64,000 nucleotides of DNA from NCBI GenBank assembly GCA_034780895.1, contig JAUZTB010000001.1:94487643-94551642 (forward strand), in the 5' to 3' direction. The translations under genes were made by a program, and so were the position numbers. The notes below the pieces were generated by a model. That model was given only the letters and a program-made list of their open reading frames with translations, was not told the origin of the DNA and ran no database searches. The stretch is from Rhynchobatus australiae (Eukaryota). This document shows positions 12,455 to 26,100 of this stretch, one piece after another (the stretch's first letter is position 1; each line of letters begins with the position of its first letter).

Positions 12455-13860
12455 TAGCCCCGATTTTCCTCTGACAGGCAAGTCACCCAATTATTGTGGT
12501 CACTTACCCTGGGACCACACTCATTCTTGCAGCCTTCCCCCAGGCTCAGTCACTGTTGGAGGCTGGCTGATTAGAGAGCCACAATGCAACATCGTCGCAC
12601 AATATTCCCCCTCATAGTGGAAGTTGTCCTTGACTGCCTGCAAATTGCTTTGTGGGCATCAATTATTAATGTGATTCCAAACCAAAACAGAAAGAGAACT
12701 TCACTCTCTCATTGTCAAGCCAATGTATGACCATGGTAGTGAATCCTTTCAGGTATCCTGGCAGCAGACATGATGCCTTCATTCTGCGGCAGTGCACTAA
12801 GCACACTGCATTTGTGCCACTGAAGCAAAATGATCATTGGCTGCTGAGTGATTAAGGCTCTCCATTGAGGACAGGACTGATGACTCTTGTGTGCAACCAG
12901 TGCCAGGAGGTCAGCCCATCAAAGCACACCTGTGCAAACCAATAGCATATTGAAATATTGCATCCATTGCAGTACGCCGTAGAGGGGTGCCAAGATTTGT
13001 GATGGCCTGTTGCATCCTGCAAAACTCACCACAATGATGGTGCAAACTTTACCTCATGCTATTCAGCAAACAGCTGATAAGCAGCAGGAGGAAGGAAGGA
13101 AAGGGTCAAGGCAACCGAAATAGTCTCTTTATAGAGAAACTATAACTTTCAAGTTGTCTGTGTTGTCAAGTTGACTATTTCTAGATGATAACATTCAAGA
13201 TGTCTGCAGAAATTATACGAGTGCAAACCCAGTAATAACGTTCCCAATATCCCATTCACCAACATCCTGGTAGAGAGCAGTTCTTCACCCTAAATTATAT
13301 TGGGATGAGGTGCATTATGTGTCTGAGGCTGTTGGTTCATTGTTAGGGTATGGTAATTGAAGATGGACTCACTGACCTTAACTATAAATGTGAGGTTATT
13401 AAACTTTTTTGCATCATTGCATCAAGGTGTTCTGGGCTTGGTTCCTGTTCTCCCAGGTCCTGCAGAAACAGGACATCACTCTTCCTTCGCAACTTCACCT
13501 CATGAAGTGTCTGTAAAACTTGAAGCCCATTCTTTCCCACGTGTGCCATTGGTTTTTGATTCTTAGGACAGATTTACTTGCAGAATGGTTGTCAGGTCCT
13601 GCTCTAGCCACCAAGCACTTCCCCTTTAAAAGGCAGAGCCGAACTGCAAGTATTTCTGGACACCCATGATATTAGCTCCCTTGATGATCTGCGTAGCCAA
13701 TGAACAGTGTGGTTCATTGGCTCAAGATGAATTAATCAATGAGGCTGACCATGCAAATTTGCCAGTCGTGTTTGCATTACAGTCAACTAACATACATGTT
13801 AATCATACATGGTAATCCCCATGCCTGTTATACTTTAACCAATCCAGTGTCCACATTCAT
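12455..13860 (+). mobile_element. Decayed PIF/Harbinger DNA transposon (transposase on +, Myb/SANT-like ORF on -)
   Basis: Plus strand: NRK/LHSLIVKPMYDH, RYPGSRHDAFILRQ...WLLSD*GSPLRTGLMT (from 12751), LQY and RFVMACCILQN. Minus strand at ~13390-13540: EWASSFTDTS, RRKSDVLF, KKFNNL. Boundaries approximate. Confidence 0.8.
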
Positions 13861-14604
13861 ACCTTCTTCTCTGACTGGTTGGATATAATAGTTCTTCCAC
13901 AGCTACTTTATGGTACATGGATCTTGAGACTTAGATAACATTGGATATCTGCCATGGTACTCCTGCGTGAAGTCAGACAGCACATCGTGCAATTCCAGTT
14001 TAATGATCCTCTCCTGCCTGAGAGGAGCCAGCAGCAGAGAAATCCACAGCTGCAATCCCCTTCACAGCCAAAGGTTATGCAGCAGCCAACACAGAGGCTA
14101 TTTAATGATCCTTTCCAGCCTGATTGACATGTAATTGATGGCATGTGTTGCTCAGCACAGTTTTGCTGGCACCAGAATAAAAGTGAAGACACAGATTTTC
14201 CTTTCATGGGTTATCTACCTGGGAAGAGAAAAAGTTGCCATCTTCCTGCTTTGTTGCCCTTCTAACTGTTTCCAAGCATAACATTCTCCCCAATGGCATA
14301 TTGCAGTTCAGTAACGTGGAGAACCATATTAAATCTTCCTTAACCTGTGATTTTCAACGGAGTTGTTAGAATTCAGTGAGCAATATTGGAAGCTGACAGA
14401 TGAATAGTTTGATTATATTTACTTGTCCAGTTGAGAAATGAGGTCATTCTGTATTCTCCCCTTGGTCCTTTTCAAAATTCAACATCCATCAAGATAATGA
14501 ACAAGGGGTGGGAATTTCATCCATTTTCCACTAGCTCCTGCTTCTATCAGGCTCAAAGGTGTCTGTATAGGCCATAGAGTCATATAGAACAGTAACAATT
14601 TTTA

Positions 14605-14800
14605 CCTCTAGTGATGTCCGTGCAGAGCTTTCACATTGTTCCTGTGAATGCGTGGGTTTCCTCCGGGTTCTCCAGTTTCCTCCCACATTCCAAAGACATG
14701 GGTTTGTAGGTTAATTGGTCACTGGAAATTGTCCTCAGTCGGTGAGTGGTAAAATTGACAGATTGTGGAGAGCATATGTTACAGGCAAATGGGATTGCTC
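14605..14800 (+). mobile_element. HE1/V-SINE fragment
   Basis: V-domain gcgtgggtttcctccgggttctccagtttcctcccacattccaaagac. Confidence 0.8.
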
Positions 14801-14939
14801 CATCTAAGCCTCCTTCTGAGCTGTATGGAAATGTGGAAATATGGAAGAAACAGACCCAAGTCTATACCAACCATCAAGCGCCAAGTTCACTGATCCTACA
14901 CTACTCCCATTTAATTCTCCAACATTCCCAGACTTTAAC

Positions 14940-15130
14940 CATTCACCAATACTTGGGGCAATTTACAGTGGCCAATTACCCACATAGCTATGTGATGTTG
15001 GAGGAAACTGGAACCCAGGGGAATTCCCAGCAGTCATAAGGAGGACATGCAAACTCCACATGGACAGCACCCAAGGTCAGGATTGAACCTTGGTAACTGG
15101 AGCTGTGAGGCAACAACTCTACTAGCTGTA
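14940..15130 (-). mobile_element. HE1/V-SINE
   Basis: Reverse V-domain plus tRNA-like head (ggattgaaccttggtaactggagctgtgaggcaac). Confidence 0.75.
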
Positions 15131-15134
15131 CTCA

Positions 15135-15410
15135 AAGGAGCTGGAGAACTCAGCGGGTCAGGCAGCATCTATGGAGGGAAATGGACAGTTGCCATTCTGG
15201 GTCCAGATCCTTCATCAGGACTGGAAAGAAAGTGGGGACATGGCCAGTATAAAAAGTTGGGGGTAAGAGGTGGAGTAAGAGCTGGCAGGAGATAGGTGGA
15301 TCCAGGTGAGNNNNNNNNNNNNNNNNNNNNNNNNNNNNNGAGGGGGAATGAAGAAAGAATCTGAGAGGTGATAGGTGGAAGTAACAAAGGGCTGAGTAAC
15401 AAATGTCCTG
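15135..15410 (-). mobile_element. Penelope terminal-repeat fragment
   Basis: Reverse complement of the same terminal sequence as 45350-45610. It includes a degenerate hammerhead motif at ~15186-15223. Confidence 0.7.
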
Positions 15411-15484
15411 AGAATGATTTTGTTTGTAATATTTTCCTTACTGAAGAGGCTTGTAAATTCTTTAATACTGCACCTGTTTTACAG

Positions 15485-15596
15485 ATATAAATGCCAAGCC
15501 TCTAATAGAGCAAACAATGCGTTTCATTCCAAATCAGGAATGGTGCCTGCTGTGTTCGTGAAGACTCCAGTGCAGACATCCAGTACCCACTCTTGA
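15485..15596 (+). other. Possible orphan exon (Ig F-strand-like YKCQASNRANN)
   Basis: Good acceptor (ttctttaatactgcacctgttttacag|A) followed by an open frame YKCQASNRANNAFHSKSGMVPAVFVKTPVQTSSTHS*. No partner exons were found. Confidence 0.2.
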
Positions 15597-18500
15597 AGCA
15601 GATAGTGGGTCTTTTGCTGCTGCAAATCAGGTGAAGAGCCTGATTAAGGCTCTGCTTTCCATACTAGGAATGCTGTAAATGCAACTTTCCCGCCCTTGTG
15701 GCCTTCAGGTCAATGAGGTTAGCAAGTAGCCGAATGAGGCCAAAGCCAAAAAGGTACATTTTAAAGAAAAGTATACTGGAGAAGGGAAAGTAGAAAAGCT
15801 TCTCTCAGCAACACACTTGTCCTGAAGACCACTGCCAGCCACCAATCCCCTCCCAATCCTTCCCTCATCCTTCTCCCAGCACTTAACTGAAGGGGTTGAT
15901 TGTATCATTCTTTTCCTCATGGATCTCGCAATCTATCTCTGAACAACAACCAACAAACAGTGTGCCAGTGATTACAGTTTTAGACAAGCTCCACTATTTC
16001 CTTAAAACTCAACGAATACACACACCACGTTGACACACACACAAATATGCATCTATATCTAACTGTACAGCGATGAAAACATACTTCATTTCTAATACGA
16101 GCAAGCACAGCTGTTCCAGAATTCACTCATGAGTTGATTATCAGCTTTTCTTCAGAAATGAAATCCTGTTTTGACTGAACAACATCATTCACTGTTACTG
16201 CAGTGGTGGTGATTGAATGAATCTTCCAATTTGGGCGGCACAACACGGTGGGCCGAAGGGCCTGTATTGTGCTGTATTGTTCTATGGTTCTAATTTATTG
16301 AACTTCCATGCTGAAAATTTTCATTGTTGCCTTGTTGTTCTGTAATCTTTCTATTCTTTTTCATAAAAGACCAGTAAAACCAGACTGGCTTTGGTGCTTT
16401 ATATCTTTTCATTTGCTTTGCATTGTAAAGTATGACTGCTCGGTCCAGCAAGTGATGAATGAAAGAGGAGAGAATTTAAAACACTGAGAGGTTCAGAGAA
16501 ATTTTACTGGGGCAACATAGCTGTCAGGAGCCACTGAAAGTGGGCTTGGTGTGATTTACCTCTCTATTTGTTTCTTTCTCTCTCTGGCTTCCCAAAAACA
16601 CAGCTGAGAACTTTGGAGCTTCATATGTTATGGGGTGCAAGTATGACATACTACCTCTGGACTTGGTAATATGATCTCTGACCACAAGTGGTTCTCTTGC
16701 TGTTCAGTGTCATCAGCGTGATTTACACAGGAAGAGTGAAGGAGATGATAATTTCGGAGGCTTGGGGGGGGGGGGGGGNNNNNNNNNNNNNNNNNNNNNN
16801 NNNNNNNNNNNNNNNNNNNNNNNNNNNNNNNNNNNNNNNNNNNNNNNNNNNNNNNNNNNNNNNNNNNNNNNNNNNNNNNNNNNNNNNNNNNNNNNNNNNN
16901 NNNNNNNNNNNNNNNNNNNNNNNNNNNNNNNNNNNNNNNNNNNNNNNNNNNNNNNNNNNNNNNNNNNNNNNNNNNNNNNNNNNNNNNNNNNNNNNNNNNN
17001 NNNNNNNNNNNNNNNNNNNNNNNNNNNNNNNNNNNNNNNNNNNNNNNNNNNNNNNNNNNNNNNNNNNNNNNNNNNNNNNNNNNNNNNNNNNNNNNNNNNN
17101 NNNNNNNNNNNNNNNNNNNNNNNNNNNNNNNNNNNNNNNNNNNNNNNNNNNNNNNNNNNNNNNNNNNNNNNNNNNNNNNNNNNNNNNNNNNNNNNNNNNN
17201 NNNNNNNNNNNNNNNNNNNNNNNNNNNNNNNNNNNNNNNNNNNNNNNNNNNNNNNNNNNNNNNNNNNNNNNNNNNNNNNNNNNNNNNNNNNNNNNNNNNN
17301 NNNNNNNNNNNNNNNNNNNNNNNNNNNNNNNNNNNNNNNNNNNNNNNNNNNNNNNNNNNNNNNNNNNNNNNNNNNNNNNNNNNNNNNNNNNNNNNNNNNN
17401 NNNNNNNNNNNNNNNNNNNNNNNNNNNNNNNNNNNNNNNNNNNNNNNNNNNNNNNNNNNNNNNNNNNNNNNNNNNNNNNNNNNNNNNNNNNNNNNNNNNN
17501 NNNNNNNNNNNNNNNNNNNNNNNNNNNNNNNNNNNNNNNNNNNNNNNNNNNNNNNNNNNNNNNNNNNNNNNNNNNNNNNNNNNNNNNNNNNNNNNNNNNN
17601 NNNNNNNNNNNNNNNNNNNNNNNNNNNNNNNNNNNNNNNNNNNNNNNNNNNNNNNNNNNNNNNNNNNNNNTACCTGAAATCAGGAATACACTGCTAATTA
17701 TAGCCCCATATAACCTAAAGTGCCAGATCTGTCTCCGGGCTCAGCCTTTAGTCTTGCTGCATTTGATAATCAGGGACCTTATTTAACTGCTTCTTGTTCC
17801 CCTGTTTCCTTTTCATTCCTTTGGTAAAGAAAGAGTGTGTGTCCCATTGATCACTTAGGTCCCAGACACCCTGGTGCTCTTGCAGCAACATAATAAATTT
17901 AGGCTTTGAACAAGGCAAAATATCTTTATACTAAAGACTGAGTGAGAGTTTACTTATATGACTAGATGCCTCGCTCCAACAAAATCATCAAAGCTAATTA
18001 AGTTACACATATAACCTGATTAATCTACCTTTCCAATAACACAGAAAGTCTTCTCATTCCCCCAAGCTGCCTCTGCCCAAGCTTATATCTATCATTGTTA
18101 TAACTCTTCAGACTGCTGAACAAAATTAATCAAATATAAAGGCAAATATATGAATCCTGTAGCCAGTAAAGCACTGAGACCCCCTTGCTTCTGCAAACAT
18201 AAAGTTTTTTTGAAAGAAAATCAGTTGGTTAAGAAGATTATGTCACAACTTTTCAGATGAGCTTGTTTAAGTTGTACATAAAATGCTAGAGCAAGGGGGT
18301 TTTGCTTTACAACTTAAATGAAATACACAATAATAGCAGTATTGGTTTGTCCTTTGCTTTTGAATTTAAACCTAAAATTTGCTGATTTATTTACTTACTG
18401 GAAAAATTTCAAAGTTTTGCTCATCAGTCTACTTAATAAAGTCAGAAGGAAGATGGGGCATGGTTGCATTGATGACAACTGTTAACATTCAATGCGTAAG

Positions 18501-20124
18501 CACTGCCTGGACATTATACTTTGCCAACTGCCTAGCAGATCCTTGCCTCATATCTGCCCTGATGTCCGATTTGAAATTAAAGTGTTCCAAAAATCTCAGC
18601 ATTCCTTAATTATGAGCCATTCAAATGACCTGACAATGATACTTTGCATTGAATAATTGAGACTTTAGATGGAAAAAAAAACTACTGTGACTCAAGGAAA
18701 AAATAATCAGTGTTGTGTAAAGGACAACAGAAGGTTCAACCTTTCTAACTTGGACCTGGGATTTATGTTGACAAATTACAACTTGAGGTGCTGCTACTGT
18801 TAAAGTTCTTGTTCAGGATAGCAAAAGACCAAGCAAACCAAGATATGCGTGGGAGACTCTCATTGGTAAATGCAAACTTTTGTCAAACGCTTTGGACTGA
18901 AAGGATACATGCTCAATAATAGTCTCCTCATGAAGCTTTGTCAAGAATCCTTAAAGGCAGAAGGATGTGCCTGTTTTTTTTTGTTCAGCTCTAAATCACC
19001 AATAGTCCACCATTTCCTTGGTTGGTGCTTCTCCATTTAGCCGGACCATTTTGCCAACTTGTTTGAGAAACTCAGTGAAGCTTCCTTTGCCACATAAGAC
19101 CTGGAACATTCCATTGCCCCTGAAAAAAAATGGAATTTATTGCTGCAGAGTCAGTATGTATAGTCCCAGCACAGTCTTCTGTTCTTATGGACTGCATAAG
19201 GTTGGCCCCAGGAGATTAACAGTCAAGAGCCTTTATCTCAGCTCCACACAGAACTCTGAGGCTATTGTCCTGCAAAAGAAGAAAATAAATTCTGAATTTT
19301 GAGGCCTTCTAGCAAAAGCCGTAGGTCAAAATGAGAATTTGATTGATGGTGCTGGTGATGCTGTTTAGCACGATACCTTTAACCTTGTGCCTCTTGACCA
19401 GCTCTGGGTCTCAATTTCCCAAAGTTGTCACAAAGAGTCATTGAAATCCTTATCTGTGCGTAGTGGGATTTTCTTCAATAATCTACATCAAAAACAAGCA
19501 TAAAAGACACTTGAACAATGATTCCAGAAACCACATGTGAACAAACACACTTATCCTATTCACTGAGATAAAGCTAAGTTATTGTGTTCTTTTTAGCACA
19601 AGTTTATTTGATTGTATATTGCTGGCACAGAGCTATTGATGTTACTTTCCATCATGAGGCAATATTTTAGCTTAAAATATAACATAGGGGCTGCAGGAAT
19701 ATTGGGGGCTGGGGAGGTGTGAGAGAGTGCTCATGGCATTTGCCAGTTGAGTGAACCAGGCTCATGGAAAGTTGGCTGTCAGTTCAACCCTGTACTCAAC
19801 AGAAGAGATCAAATATAAAAAACGTGGACTGAAGATTATTTCTGCCATTGCACTGGCAACAGAGCCGAACAAGTGAAAGCTAATTTTTATTCAAGGACTC
19901 TTACTGTTCACTCCACATTCCCAGCAAGAGGGCATTTTGTTTTATTGCCCTTGTTTCCTAATGGGAGACCAAAACTAATCCCACAGCTTTGTACCAGGCA
20001 CAAACCACGGGCTTAATCCTTGACGGATTTTTATATACAAACCTCCTGCATCTGCCTGGAATGGCATCTGAACTCACTCCTAAAGGATAATCACAAGTTC
20101 AAATAAATCACACTTTAATAAAAC

Positions 20125-21025
20125 ACGAAGGTTGGTAGTATTGTGGATAGTGTGGAAGGTTACTGTAGTTTACAACAGGACATTGATAGGATGCAGAGAT
20201 GGGCTGAGAAGTGGCAGATGAAGTTCAACCCAGAAAAGTGTGAAGTGACACACTTTGGAAGATCAAACTCGAAGGTTAATGGCAGAACTCTTAGCAGTGT
20301 GGAGGAACACAGGGATCTTGGGGTTCACGTCTATAGATCCCTCAAGGTTGTCAGGCAGGTTGATAGGGTTGTTAAGAAGGCATATGGTGTGTTGGCCTTC
20401 ATTAGTCGGGGTATTGAGTTCAAGAGCTGCCNNNNNNNNNNNNNNNNNNNNNNNNNNNNNNNNTAGAACTCTGGTTAAACCACACTTGGCGTATTGTGTT
20501 CAGTTCTGGTCGCCTCATTATAGGAAGGATGTGGAAGCTTTAGAGAGGGTACAGAGGGGATTGACCAGGATGCTGCCTGGATTGGAGAGCATGTTTTATG
20601 AGGATAGGCTGAGCAAGCCAGGGCTTTTCTCTTTGGAGAGAGGGAGGATAAGAAGTGACTTGATGGCGGTGTACAAGATGATAAGAGGCATAGATGGAGT
20701 GGACAGTCAGAGACCTTTTCTCAGGGCAAAAATGGCTCACAAGAGGGGACATAATTTTAAGGTGATTAGAGGAAGGTATCGGGGGTATGTAAGAGGCAAG
20801 TTTTTTACACAGAGTGGTGGGTGTGTGAAATGCACTGCCGGCAGAGGTTGTGGGAGCAGATACATTAGGGACATTTAAGAGACTCTTGGATAGCCACACA
20901 GATTACAGACAAATGGAGGGCTATGTAGGAGGGAAGAGTTAGATAGATCTTAGAGAAAAACAAAATGTTGGCACAACATCGTTGGCCAAAGAGCCTGTAC
21001 TGTGCCGTTATGTTCTTTGTACTAT
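20125..21025 (+). mobile_element. 5'-truncated CR1 (HER1-like) LINE
   Basis: LQQDIDRMQRWAEKWQMKFNPEKCEVTHFG; YCVQFWSPHYRKDVEALERVQR; RGHNFKV; ends in a CR1 tail. Confidence 0.95.
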
Positions 21026-22539
21026 ATCTCTGGGCAATAGTCAAAACATCATGAACATTCAGTCAGATCTGAGCCAATCTGGCATATTTATGTACAATTA
21101 AAAAATGAGCATCTGTACTTTTTAATATAAAAATTACCCAATATTGGCACAGTATTAATTTTGAATCATGCCTGTTTATCTGCAATACAATCCACCAAGT
21201 AATTTCTGAAAAATTCTTTCAAATCAGGTTTTCAAATGTTAATTTTTTAACAGACAGAGGACATCAAACATTACTCGGTCAGTTTTATCCGTTCAACATT
21301 TGTACTAGATATGCTGGCTCTAATTTTGCTTTTAAATTTCTTTTCACTCTTTTCATACAACACCTCACCCTAAGTCCTTCCATACAGCCAATTCTGTCTG
21401 TGATGAGATGCAAAAGTCACATTAAAAATTTATAAATTGCATGACCACTGGACCTTGCTTTGTTTTTTATTCAACCTTAATTTGATGAAATATTAGAATA
21501 GTTGCAAGTAATAAAGCCAGATCATTTTACACCTTATAAATTATAAATTAGAATTTGTTTCTGAAGCTAGTCTGATCTGCTCATTAGAACAATATCAGAT
21601 TTGAGTCTGTTATATTTTGCACTAATGCTGTGAAATTTGCTGAAGCACCTTGTCAGTTTTAGCACACTGTCCTTCCAAATTAGGCATTATTCAGACAAGT
21701 GCATCATTACAATTCAGTATAATTCTTTTTTCCTCCTCAGGTATTGTTTCAAAATTATTGCCACATATTCCATACTTTTCTTCCTTGCTCGTGGGCATAA
21801 TTTTGTTTTGTTCGGGAGAGCCAATTTGCTGTTAGAATGAGTGTGAGTGACACTGTGTAGAATTATTTGAGCAAGTTTGGTACACAAATGATTCAAACAT
21901 GATATGCCTCCACTTTAAACCCCAATGTTTACAAGGTACATTGTTTTGGACCACAGCTTGATTGACTGGACTTGTGACATGATCATTCCATCAACCTGAA
22001 ATATCTTTAATGAATTGCACATATGTTCAATCCTGAAGTTCTGGAGCTTTGTTGCTTGACAGGTTCCAGGTCTGTCACTTAGTTGGAGTCAGACTTGCAG
22101 AACTTAGTTCAACAATGTGAATGATTTTAGCAGAGCTGTCAGCATCAAGAACATTGTTGAAACCAATAATCAAAAAGCATAAAGCAGAATGAAAACCCAG
22201 TTAAAAATAAACACAGAGTCATATTTACTTTCAAAAGGGAGCAATATCAGAATAAGTAGCATTGCAAATAACTTACAAAGTAAATGGGTCCGATACCAAA
22301 TGAGTGAAACATGACAAACTGAGTTGCCTGGCTGAAGAAAGTAGCTTAGGAACTGTAAGAAAGGGAAAGAAAAAACTTTTATTAAAACCATTTGGGAAAT
22401 GTTTTTCACAGGAGAAATTCAAAATAACTGAAGCTGAGCTGGCCTGTTTACATTCTTGGCATCTTACAGAAATAAGCTTCTAATCATGTATAGTATATGC
22501 TCCATGACCAATAGTGCTTCCTTCCATCTCTGAAACACT

Positions 22540-23170
22540 GCATGACATTGACTCTGGTTCATCTCATTTGCTGTTGAAACCATGATCCCATTCCTTTGTT
22601 ATCTCTGGACTTGACTATTCCACTGCTTTCCAGACAAACCTTCCACCCAACTTAAATGTGCTCAGTCAACATATTGCTGCCCATATCTTAACCGGCGTCA
22701 AGTTTATTGGATACTTGTTTATCCAACATTCATGTATTTGTTGCCTAACAGCAGCTCCTGGATCAAGAATATTTCAAGACAACTATTTTATTCAAGACAA
22801 CAATTTTAAAGACAACTATTCTTGTCTTCAAACCCTTCCATGCCTTTGCCCCTACTTCTATAATTGCCAAAACCCCCAAATCCTTTAATACCTCTCTACT
22901 CCTCCAATCCTGGCACTTTGTGCTTTGCTCTTCCTCTGGTGACTACATTTTCAAATACTCTGGAACTCCTTCCCCAATCACACCCCAAGAACATTCTCTC
23001 AGCTAGTGATCAATTAATCTTACCTCTTCAGACTTTTTGTTATTTGTATCAGTATCTTCCTTTAAGCGCTCAATGTTTTGAAAAAGAAAGGGAATGACTA
23101 CTGATACTTTTTAACCATTTTGGAATATTTAGTCATAAATATGTATAAATTGGTGCTATATAAATGCAGT
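22540..23170 (+). mobile_element. Old L2 LINE 3' fragment
   Basis: Decayed AVETMI/HSFVISGLDYS motif (cf. ETLIHAFVTSRLDY) and an L2-type tail ggtgctatataaatgca. Confidence 0.6.
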
Positions 23171-26100
23171 CGGTTGTTTGAAACAAAACTTGACACCAAG
23201 AGGCAAAGAAATATTGGGATGGGTGATCTAAAACCTGGTTAAAAGATTAGGTCTTCAGAAGAGCTTTAAAGGATAGGTGGTTTAAAGAGGAAATCCCAAA
23301 ACTTAGGGTGTAGATAGCTGAAGACCCAGCTATATAAGAGGAGGAATGGTGAAACTCAGAGATGCATTGAACTGGAGACATTCAGGAGGCAAGAACTGGT
23401 CAAGTAGAATTAGTGATCTTGTAGGGATGGAGAAAGTGACAGAGAAAAGGAGGGATAAAGGAATGGAGGGATTTGAACACAAAGGTGAAAAATACATTCT
23501 CATCCATATTTTCATGGCATTGTGAATGTAGCCTTCAGAAGCTCCAATTCCCCAATGGTTAATCTGCAGGTTTTAATAAGGAACACTAGATGGAGTAGTA
23601 TACCTCAGAAAAGGGGACAGAACAAGTGTTTTATGTGCAGAATGCTATTATAATCCTCGTATAATTAAGTAGAATAACACTGCAACATGAAAGTAATATT
23701 GTAATAGTAATAAAATCAAGGAAAATACCACTGGATGGTCAAAAATATTAGAAGGGTCAGCAGATCAAACTTATCAAACAAAATCCTGATGTACATGTAG
23801 TTATTTACACATGTTAATAAGTATATTACATATAATGTACAGTGCAAAAACAGACTTCTCATCCCAACTGGTTGGTGCAGGTGCTTGTACTTTGCATGGG
23901 ACTCCTCACATTCTGCTCCAACCAGCCTAAGTAATTTTGACTGAGTGGCAGTGAAAGACTTCTGACTCAAGCTGAACTGTAGCTGGGAAGACAATTGGAG
24001 GTGCTGGAGTTGCCGTGCAACTGCTGCCCTCGTCTTTCTGGACAGCCAAGGTTGTGAGCTTAGGGGATGTCTTCAGTGTGGCCTTGGCAAGAAGTGAAAA
24101 CATTGAAATTTCATAGCATCTCAAAGACCTCCATGAGATCAGATCTATAGAAAAGTTTCTATAGAAAAACTTTCTATAGAAAAGTTCAATTTTTTTGATT
24201 TACTCTGTTAGATACAACTTCCTAGTTCTACTATCATTTTGATAAATCAACGCTACGCCTTCTCCAATACCTCTGCCTTCTGTTCATATGTGTATTGAAA
24301 CATGGTTCTGTACAAGTATGGTATCAATTCAGGTCTTCAATTCCAATTTTATAAACTTGAAACCCAAAGGCATTTTATCCTCTTAGTAATGTGTGTTATA
24401 TCCCATCTTTACAAGAGGTTTGTGATCTTCCTACTCATCCTAAAATATGCACTGCCCCACATTTGCTTTACTCTGCTTGCCAATTTCTCCAACAGAGGTG
24501 TTCTGGTTCCAATCACTTTGCAACTTGTGCATCTTGACAAACCACCATCTAACTTTTATAGAATACATCAGAGCAGTGTGCTCAAACAAGACTCTTAACG
24601 GATTGAAAATTATGAAATCAAATGTTGAATGATCTCAGGAATTAGTCAACAATTTTTTGTTGTTTTATTTCCATTTCCTTTCTCCAAGTCTCCTCTTCAA
24701 ACAGAATGTAAGCATGCATCCTAGGACATAGCACATATTCATAATGAACAACTTAACCATTTTTAAAACATTATCTAAATCAGTCTCCAATAAATTTTCT
24801 AGTCTTGATTACCACTATGCAGGAAATGATAGTCAAAGTTCATATAGGCCAGGTTAAAATTAGAAAAATATCTGGTAGTGTACAAGCAATCAAGATATTT
24901 TGAAAGAGAATTGGAGCACAAATGATATTATTTCAGATCAGGAATACTTGGCATTCCATTGATCATAGTACACAGAAAGTAAAGAGGGTTTTACAACAGT
25001 AATGATCAGGGGTATTTCTAAAAGAGGCGAGCATGGAAATTCAGAATATACTTTCTGGCGATTTGTCACATTGGTACTCAGAGAGTCTCATATTAGGAGA
25101 GTATCTTTTCAACAAATTACCACTTTAAGTATTTAATCCTTATCCGTGAGACCATGTTGGCCATTATTTAAATTATAATTTCAGCAATCTTTTGATCACT
25201 GCCCCATTCAGACCCTGGTCCAGTTCCCTTGAAAAGAAGACTCAAATTAGTACTCACTGCATACATTGGTCACTTGTTGCATAGATCCTCTCCAAATATG
25301 AAATTCTCTGAATATCTGTGAGACTCTTGCTTGAAGCTGCAGTTNNNNNNNNNNNNNNNNNNNNNNNNNNNNNNNNNNNNNNNNNNNNNNNNNNNNNNNN
25401 NNNNNNNNNNNNNNNNNNNNNNNNNNNNNNNNNNNNNNNNNNNNTAATGAATCAATGCCCTTGTGCTGATGGGAAGGATGAGTATTAGTTTTCAGAGTAG
25501 GGAGCAATGTCCCCTTTGGGAAACCTGGGACATTTAACACCACAATGTGCCATTCCATTATTATGGGATCTCTGCATAGGAGCCAGCTCAATGGTACACA
25601 GAGCACTCCAATGGAAATTTACCAGCTGCTATGTTAGTGGGAACATGGTGTTTGTCAGACATTAGTGGATGGGGATGGACATGACCATTCCCATGCCAAG
25701 AGCTAAGTCTGAATCCTGACTAGTATAGAGGCTTGTTGTTCCTTGGATATTTACGATGGTCAAAGTTCTGATGTGTCCAAAAATGGGGCTGTAAGGTCAC
25801 ATACCTTTCTCATGGAAGCCTTTCTTGAATTCTTGGGTTTCATCGTTCCTGAGAAGCACAGCCAGGTTTAAACTCTCAACCTCAGTGTAATATTTAAACC
25901 AGTCAGCCCTGTGATGAGAGAAGATTTGCAACCAATTATCTGTCCTTGTTTGTTAAATCCAAAATGGGCAAGTTGAAAGCAAGTTGGCTGGTTAAGATTT
26001 CAAAATCCCAACATATCTATTTTTAGGTTTTATCATTTACCAGCCCCCACCCCCATGCTGTTAAGAAAAGTCAGACATCCAATTAAATCTGGGTAAAATG

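Noticed and set aside
16688-17697. Long ORFs and a G16 run
   Set aside because: The ORFs are N-gap artefacts, and a poly-G run at a contig end may be a sequencing artefact.
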